From: Candidatus Zhuqueibacterota bacterium
Lineage (GTDB): Bacteria > Zhuqueibacterota > Zhuqueibacteria > Thermofontimicrobiales > Thermofontimicrobiaceae
Direction of reading: 5' to 3'
Assembly (NCBI GenBank): GCA_049322915.1
Contig: JBMOPW010000002.1
Span: 64,001-128,000, forward strand
Length of the DNA: 64,000 nt
The notes beneath the pieces are model-generated. The model was given only the letters and a program-made list of their open reading frames with translations. It did no database searches and was not told the origin of the DNA. A program made the translations under genes and the position numbers. The stretch's first letter is position 1; each line of letters begins with the position of its first letter. Of the stretch, positions 54,777 to 61,104 are shown one piece after another.

Positions 54777-56194
54777 TTCTGGTGAATTACTGGTCTCCCG
54801 GCATTGGCAATAATAAACCGCCGCTGGGCCTGTGCTATCTGGCGTCCTATCTGCAGACGTATCTTGACTTTCACGACATTGTCATCATCAACAGCGGAGA
54901 CGCTGTCTTCGAAAAAATCCGGGATGCACGGCCGGAAATTGTGGGCTTCACCGCTTACACTGCCGGGTATTACGACGTGCTCGATCTCATGAAACGAGTG
55001 AAAACGGAACTGGCTGTGCCGGTGCTGGTCGGCGGGCCGCACATCACCTGTTTGCCGCACAAACTATCGGAGGATGCGGACATCGGCTTTGTCGGCGAGG
55101 GCGAGCAGACGCTCCTCGAAGTGATGCGGCTGTATCTCGCTACCGGCCAACTTGCGCCCGGCCAATTGAGCGCCATCCCCGGCCTGGTCTTTCGCGAGAA
55201 TGGGACATTGAAATTCTCCGAACCGCGGGCGCTCATCAATCCCATCGACCAGATTCCCATGCCGGCGCGCGAGTTCATCGACATGGACGAATTTCTCAAG
55301 CCCAGTCAGATACTGATGAACAATGAATACCTGCGCGGCACAACCATGCTCACCTCGCGGGGCTGCCCGTTCAAATGCATTTACTGCCATGTCTCGGCCA
55401 AGTGGGGTCGGCCGCGATTGCATTCCCCTGCCTATGTGGTGAACGAGATCGAACATCTGGCCTCCCGTTACCAGGTGGAAGCCATCACCATGAGCGACGA
55501 CCTGTTCGTCAGCAACATTCAGCGCATCGAACAGATCATCGAAGGGATGGCGCAGCGCCATTTGCTGGGCAAGGTGCGATTCATGGTGGATCTGCGCGCG
55601 AATATGGTCAATGATCGGCTGGTGCTGCTGCTGAAAAAGATGGGCGTGGCCAAAGTGGCGCTGGGGCTGGAGTCCGGCTCGGATCGCATCTTGCAGTATC
55701 TCAAAGGCGCGAATGTGACCGTCGAAAAAAATCGGACCGCGGTTCGCATTCTCAACAAGCACGGCATCGGCGCGTACTGTTGCTTCATGATCGGCGCGCC
55801 GCCGGAGACGCGCGGGGATATCGACAAAACGCGGGATTTGATTCGGGAGATTCTGGACATGGACACCGCCAATTTCTGCCAGTTGACCGTGACCACGCCG
55901 CTGCCCGGCACCAAGCTCTGGGACTATGCCCTGTCGAAAAAGTACATCACTGAAGATGTCGACTGGCGGCAGTTCGGCCTCAGTCCGCTCACCAGCAATC
56001 GCTCTGATTTCTACATTAACGAGCACATTGAATTTGGCGAATTTCAGAAAATTGCCCGGACCACCTATTCGCTGTGCAATAGCCGGCGGATCAAATCCAT
56101 TTTTTCCAAGTTCACCTGGCGCTATGTGGTTAAGATATTCAAACAACCCACATTGGCCTATCAAATTCTTCGGGACTATCTGAAAAATCGGTGA
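54764..56194 (+). CDS. Cobalamin-binding radical SAM protein
   Basis: PPLGLCYLAS, VGGPH, GEGE, SRGCPFKCIYC (CxxxCxxC) and GLESG motifs. Confidence 0.92.
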   Translation: MAKLVLVNYWSPGIGNNKPPLGLCYLASYLQTYLDFHDIVIINSGDAVFEKIRDARPEIVGFTAYTAGYYDVLDLMKRVKTELAVPVLVGGPHITCLPHKLSEDADIGFVGEGEQTLLEVMRLYLATGQLAPGQLSAIPGLVFRENGTLKFSEPRALINPIDQIPMPAREFIDMDEFLKPSQILMNNEYLRGTTMLTSRGCPFKCIYCHVSAKWGRPRLHSPAYVVNEIEHLASRYQVEAITMSDDLFVSNIQRIEQIIEGMAQRHLLGKVRFMVDLRANMVNDRLVLLLKKMGVAKVALGLESGSDRILQYLKGANVTVEKNRTAVRILNKHGIGAYCCFMIGAPPETRGDIDKTRDLIREILDMDTANFCQLTVTTPLPGTKLWDYALSKKYITEDVDWRQFGLSPLTSNRSDFYINEHIEFGEFQKIARTTYSLCNSRRIKSIFSKFTWRYVVKIFKQPTLAYQILRDYLKNR

Positions 56195-56195
56195 T

Positions 56196-57404
56196 ATGCA
56201 GCGCGTGATACTTCACATCGACATGGACGCTTTTTTCGCGGCCATCGAGGAGCTGGACAATCCGGCCATTCGCGGCAAACCGGTGGTCGTCGGCGCGGAT
56301 CCCAAATCAGGGAAAGGTCGGGGCGTGGTTTCGACCTGCAATTACGAAGCCCGAAAATACGGCATTCACTCGGCTATGCCCATTTCCCATGCCTACAAGC
56401 GCTGCCCGTTCGCCGTGTTCGTGCCGCCCCGCGGCCGGCGCTATTCGGAAATCTCAGGCAAAATATTTCGCATCTTCTACGACTTCACGCCCCGCGTGGA
56501 ACCCATCAGCGTGGACGAGGCATTTCTGGACGTCTCCGGCTGCATCCGGCTGCTGGGTTCGCCCCGTTCCATTGCCCTGGCCATCAAAAAGCGCATCTTC
56601 GAAGAACTGCACCTCACGGCCTCCGTGGGCATTGCGCCCAATAAATTCATCGCGAAAATTGCATCGGATCTGAAAAAGCCGGACGGACTGGTGGAAGTGC
56701 TGCCGGATGAAATCCTCACCTTTTTGTGGCCGCTGCCCATCTCGAAAATGTGGGGCGTGGGCAAAAAAAGCGAAACGCGGCTTCATGCCCTGGGCATTCA
56801 CACCATCGGCGATCTGGCCAGGCTGAACCAGGACGCCGCGGTGAAAAAGCTGGGCAAGGCGGGACTGCATTTCTGGAGTCTGGCCCACGGCATCGACGAC
56901 CGCGACGTGGAGGCTTACGCCGGCGCCAAGTCGGTCAGTCTCGAAAACACCTTCGAGGAGGACGTGGCCGATGAGGCGGTGTTGCGCCAGACCATCTCGT
57001 CCCTGTCGGACAATGTCAGCCGAATCCTGCGCAAGAAGAACTACAAAGGCAAGACCATCACGCTGAAAATTCGCCTCGAGGATTTTTCGACCTTCACCCG
57101 CGCCCATAGCTATCACGAGTGCATCGATTCATCCAAAATTATCTGTCAGACCTGTCTCGACCTGTTCGACGCGTTCGAGCGGATGGGGAAGAAGGTGCGG
57201 CTGCTGGGCGTTGCGGTCTCCAACCTCAACTCACTGCCCGGGGAACAGTTGGGATTTTTTCAGGCCGAAGACCAGTCCGGGCAGAAAATCGATCACGTCA
57301 TCGATCTGATTCAGAGCAAGTTCGGCCCGGATTTGATTAAAAAGGCGAGCCTACTGGACAAACACTCCCGGCGGCTCAGCCAGTCCGACGACGAGGAGAT
57401 GTGA
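56196..57404 (+). CDS. dinB: DNA polymerase IV
   Basis: HIDMDAFFA, YEARKYGI, SVDEAFLD and AKIASD.KKPDG motifs. Confidence 0.95.
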   Translation: MQRVILHIDMDAFFAAIEELDNPAIRGKPVVVGADPKSGKGRGVVSTCNYEARKYGIHSAMPISHAYKRCPFAVFVPPRGRRYSEISGKIFRIFYDFTPRVEPISVDEAFLDVSGCIRLLGSPRSIALAIKKRIFEELHLTASVGIAPNKFIAKIASDLKKPDGLVEVLPDEILTFLWPLPISKMWGVGKKSETRLHALGIHTIGDLARLNQDAAVKKLGKAGLHFWSLAHGIDDRDVEAYAGAKSVSLENTFEEDVADEAVLRQTISSLSDNVSRILRKKNYKGKTITLKIRLEDFSTFTRAHSYHECIDSSKIICQTCLDLFDAFERMGKKVRLLGVAVSNLNSLPGEQLGFFQAEDQSGQKIDHVIDLIQSKFGPDLIKKASLLDKHSRRLSQSDDEEM

Positions 57405-57614
57405 CGTCGTATTTTTGCTTGATTTTTTTCATTGAATAGCATATCTTATCACCGTTCACTCGTGACGCTACTTTTACGTTCGCTAAATTTTAGCGAAGTA
57501 AACTTCCAAACAAGACATAGAACACGGATGACGCGGATAACGCGGATGTCCACGGATTTGAATTTATTTCAAATTTAAACAAAGAAAGTGTAAGATGTTT
57601 TGATAAAAGATTCC

Positions 57615-57772
57615 GTATCCGCTCAATAAAATATGGTATTTTAAAAATGTAAAAGCACCTGCAGTGCAATCCCTTTATGGATTGCAGTGTGCGACAGCGC
57701 ATAAAGGCGCTGTACTCCATTCACATTGCCATATTTAAAATCTACTTCCATAAGTTGTTATTGAGTGGATAC
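57615..57772. mobile_element. 158-bp MITE-like element
   Basis: 15-bp TIR GTATCCGCTCAATAA / TTATTGAGTGGATAC (one mismatch); flanks AAGATTCC / AAGATTCT. Confidence 0.75.
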
Positions 57773-57899
57773 AAGATTCTTTTAAGATTTAAAGATGACC
57801 TTTCTTTGATTCGTCAAATCATTTTTCCTCAATAAAATCGTGAACAAAATTCACGGTTTTGGAGAAGTAAGAATCTAGACACAAAAATTCGGAGTAACG

Positions 57900-58274
57900 A
57901 TGTCAGGACGATTTTCAGATATCCTGTTCTGGCTGCTTATGATTCTGATCATTGTCGTCGCCATCTGGTTTGCACAACTGCCTCCCCGTCCGGTTCCGAT
58001 CGCGAAACTCGAGACGCTTGAAAATCTTCGTCCGTTGGAAAATGACAATTCTTCAAATTCACGTGACGGCTTTCTGGAAATTATTTCTGCGCCCAAAGCC
58101 GATACCCTGTACGTGGACAGCCTCAAATTTTCACAGGGCACGCCCCATGCCGGCTCGTTTCCGGCCGGCGAGCATCGCATTAAATGCATTTATGTGGCGC
58201 GGAATAGAACCTGGGAGTCAACGGTGACGCTGCTGCCGGACGAGCGAAAGACCATCCATATTGTGCTGGAGTGA
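57900..58274 (+). CDS. Small membrane-anchored protein, possibly PEGA-like
   Basis: N-terminal TM helix; LEIISAPKA..LYVD...GTP...AGEHRI pattern; GGAG RBS. Confidence 0.6.
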   Translation: MSGRFSDILFWLLMILIIVVAIWFAQLPPRPVPIAKLETLENLRPLENDNSSNSRDGFLEIISAPKADTLYVDSLKFSQGTPHAGSFPAGEHRIKCIYVARNRTWESTVTLLPDERKTIHIVLE

Positions 58275-58341
58275 GTGGTTGGAATATAAGATAAAGCAAG
58301 GACAGGTAATATGGCTACAGGGCGGAGCAATCAACTCATTC

Positions 58342-59079
58342 GTGTCTGTCCGAAAACTGCTAATATTGACCTCACCCCAACCCTGTCCTAAAAGGCTAAT
58401 CCTTACCCATACGTTGGGGGATATTAACCCTACAACGTCATTTAGCCTGCATTATTCATAGTATTTTTAGAGGAGGCTGGCTAACCTGAATGGTGCTCTT
58501 TTTGGAATAAACGTATAAAAACTGAGTTTCAAAATAGCTTAGCCTTTAGCTAATTGAAAATCTCAATGTTGACTCAAATTCTGAGCAAGTTCATGAATAA
58601 TTCAGGTTAGTAAATTTATCACGATATGTTGAGTTTTTCATCTATCAAAAATACAATATACAACGATAAAAAATCTATGTGACGTAGTAGGGTTAACAAA
58701 ACAAATGAAACGCAGCGGTCGCGAAGGGCGCAGAGAAAAGACCAGTGTTGAATTGGCCTGAGTGATTGTAAAATTTTCAATCAAACAATGAAAATCATGT
58801 TCACCACTAGTAATAGAAGACCAAAATAACCAGGAGAAAACCTGGTTTCATAAGTTTGCAAGCAGCTTTTTTTCAATAACAATATGCTGTGCACCTCTGC
58901 GGTCTCTGCGACCTCTGCGTTAGAAAAGATATGAGTCAGGGTAAGCCTAACAGGCGAGGGAGAATAGATGTTCCCCTTCTTGCCCGCAGGGTAAGAAGCA
59001 GTTTGGGGGATGATGTCTGACGGAATGAGGTTTGAAAATATCAACTGTATAACTAAATTAGGTGTTTTCGGACAGACAC
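58342..59079. mobile_element. Nested composite of miniature elements
   Basis: Perfect 16-bp outer TIR GTGTCTGTCCGAAAAC / GTTTTCGGACAGACAC enclosing three further nested inverted-repeat pairs. Confidence 0.8.
58446..58606. mobile_element. 161-bp MITE with IS1380-like ends
   Basis: Same TIRs and TTAG flanks as 15502-15662. Confidence 0.85.
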
Positions 59080-59225
59080 TAATTGAACAGATTGGTTAAA
59101 CAATTACGCTGTTTTTATTTTACTTTCCTGGCGGCTTCGTGGCGTAACGAAGACTGTTCAGCGGTGACGCGGGGCAGCCGCCAATCGATGCCGCATCACG
59201 ATCAACATGGTACTATGAGGAAATT

Positions 59226-59795
59226 ATGCTGAAAGAATTGATCCGGAAGAACCGAAGCTACCGGCGCTTCGATGAGAGCCATGCCATTGAACTGGCCACG
59301 CTGCGCGACCTGGTGGATCTGGCGCGTCTCGCTCCGTCCGGGGCGAACATGCAGCCGTTGAAATACATGCTGTCCAACGAGCCGCAGAAGAACGCCCTGA
59401 TTTTTGAGACGCTGGCCTGGGCCGGCTATCTGAAGGACTGGCCCGGCCCCGTCGCCGGCGAGCGGCCGGCGGCGTATATCATTGTGCTGCAGGACGAGCG
59501 CATCAAACAGGAAGTGGTGATCGACCACGGCTTTGCTGTCCAGAATATCCTTCTCGGCGCAGTGGAACAGGGACTGGGCGGCTGCGTCATTGCCTCGGTG
59601 CAGCGGGAGGTACTGCGGAAGTCGCTGCAAATCCCGGACTCGCTCCGCATCCTGCTCGTCATTGCGCTGGGTCGGCCGGTCGAGACCGTGGTGATCGACG
59701 ACGCAGAACCGGGGCAGAGCATCCAGTACTGGCGCGAAGCGGACGGCGTCCATCATGTCCCCAAACGCCGGCTGGATCACATCATCATGGGCTGA
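59226..59795 (+). CDS. Nitroreductase family protein
   Basis: RSYRRF, APSGANMQP, LGAVEQGLGGC and VPKR motifs. Confidence 0.9.
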   Translation: MLKELIRKNRSYRRFDESHAIELATLRDLVDLARLAPSGANMQPLKYMLSNEPQKNALIFETLAWAGYLKDWPGPVAGERPAAYIIVLQDERIKQEVVIDHGFAVQNILLGAVEQGLGGCVIASVQREVLRKSLQIPDSLRILLVIALGRPVETVVIDDAEPGQSIQYWREADGVHHVPKRRLDHIIMG

Positions 59796-59866
59796 GGCTC
59801 GCGTCACCCCATCTTTCCATTGGTTCATTCAACTTACAAAACCATTTAACTCAGGGAGAGTGACTC

Positions 59867-60739
59867 ATGAAAAAAGCGCTGTGCGTTGGAATTAACGATT
59901 ACCCCGGCACATCCAATGATCTCAAAGGATGCGTCAACGACGCCGCTGACTGGGGCGCGCTGCTCCGCGAATACGGCTACACTGTGGAGACCCTGGTCGA
60001 TGCCCGGGGCACGCGGGACAATATTCTGGCGGGATTGGCGGATCTGGTCAGCCAGGCCGGGCCGGACGATGTGGTTGTCTTCACTTATTCCGGACACGGC
60101 ACATCGGTGTACGACGCCGATGGCGACGAAGGCGATGGCTACGACGAGGCGTTGTACGTGTACGACGGGGTGTTGAAGGACGATGAATTGCGGACGGTCA
60201 TTGCCGGGCTGAATCCGGAGGCGTCGCTCATCGTCATCAGCGACAGTTGTTACAGCGGAACCGTGACGCGCGTGCTGAGCCAGGGCGCGCCACGTTACAT
60301 GCCGTCGGGCAGAGCGCTGGCCGGCCCGGTGCGCCAGCGCGTGCTGTACCCGGAAGCCGGCATGAACGAGATTTTGATCTCCGGCTGCAACGACAGCGAG
60401 TATTCCTACGATGCGCTCCTGAACGGCCGCTGGAATGGCGCCATGACCCGCTACGCCATTGACACGATTACGGCCAACCGCACCGCCAGTTACAATGAAT
60501 TTCATACGGCGCTGCGCCAGTTGCTGCCCTCCCAGGCCTATCCCCAGACCCCGCAACTGGAAGGCAATGAGGGCCAGAAGACCAGCCGGCTGTTCGAGGC
60601 GTTCGAACCGGCCTCGGATGAAGAGCCCCAGCCGGACCCTGAGCCGGAACCGGATGAGCCGGGCGGTTTAGCCTGGTACTGGTGGCTGGTCATTGTGGCT
60701 GTTGTCGCCGCCATTCTCTACCTGATCTTTGGCAGATGA
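59867..60739 (+). CDS. Caspase-family (peptidase C14, metacaspase) protein with C-terminal TM anchor
   Basis: ALCVGINDY, LKGCVNDA, YSGHG (His), SDSCYSG (Cys) and QTPQL motifs; PE-rich linker then WYWWLVIVAVVAAILYLIF. Confidence 0.9.
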   Translation: MKKALCVGINDYPGTSNDLKGCVNDAADWGALLREYGYTVETLVDARGTRDNILAGLADLVSQAGPDDVVVFTYSGHGTSVYDADGDEGDGYDEALYVYDGVLKDDELRTVIAGLNPEASLIVISDSCYSGTVTRVLSQGAPRYMPSGRALAGPVRQRVLYPEAGMNEILISGCNDSEYSYDALLNGRWNGAMTRYAIDTITANRTASYNEFHTALRQLLPSQAYPQTPQLEGNEGQKTSRLFEAFEPASDEEPQPDPEPEPDEPGGLAWYWWLVIVAVVAAILYLIFGR

Positions 60740-60742
60740 GGC

Positions 60743-60826
60743 GGGTTCGGGGTTCAGGGTTCGGGGTTCTGGGTTCAAGGTTCTGGGTTTAGGGTTCTGG
60801 GTTCAAGGTTCAGAGTTCAGGGTTCA
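60743..60826 (+). repeat. Degenerate 7-bp tandem repeat (GGTTCNG)
   Basis: About 12 units starting just after the caspase stop codon. Confidence 0.85.
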
Positions 60827-61048
60827 TGATCGCGCTGGATATTTATCCAGCGCGGGAAATAAATTGGAACGTCTGTTCCGGAATAGATGCATCGTTCGGG
60901 ATGAACATCCCGAACGATCTGTAATCAGTTAACCAACCGACGAACCCGGGCTTCAGCTAAAAGTGAAGGTAATGGCAGCGCTTATCATCAGATGTTAATG
61001 ACCTTGCGCTCATTCTATTTCTTCAAATTGTTTGTTCTTTTCTTTGGT

Positions 61049-61104
61049 AACCCCTGAACCGGGAACCCCTGAACCGGAAACCTTTGAACCGGGAACCTTG
61101 AACC
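61049..61104 (-). repeat. Degenerate GGTTC 7/8-bp tandem repeat, opposite orientation
   Basis: GAACC units that abut the stop codon of the NB-ARC/TPR gene. Confidence 0.8.

Noticed and set aside
55064..56164. Long antisense ORFs (also 45251-46285, 38074-39018, 20418-21362, 33833-34771, 10733-11677)
   Set aside because: These are shadows of well-supported genes on the opposite strand, as expected from codon bias.
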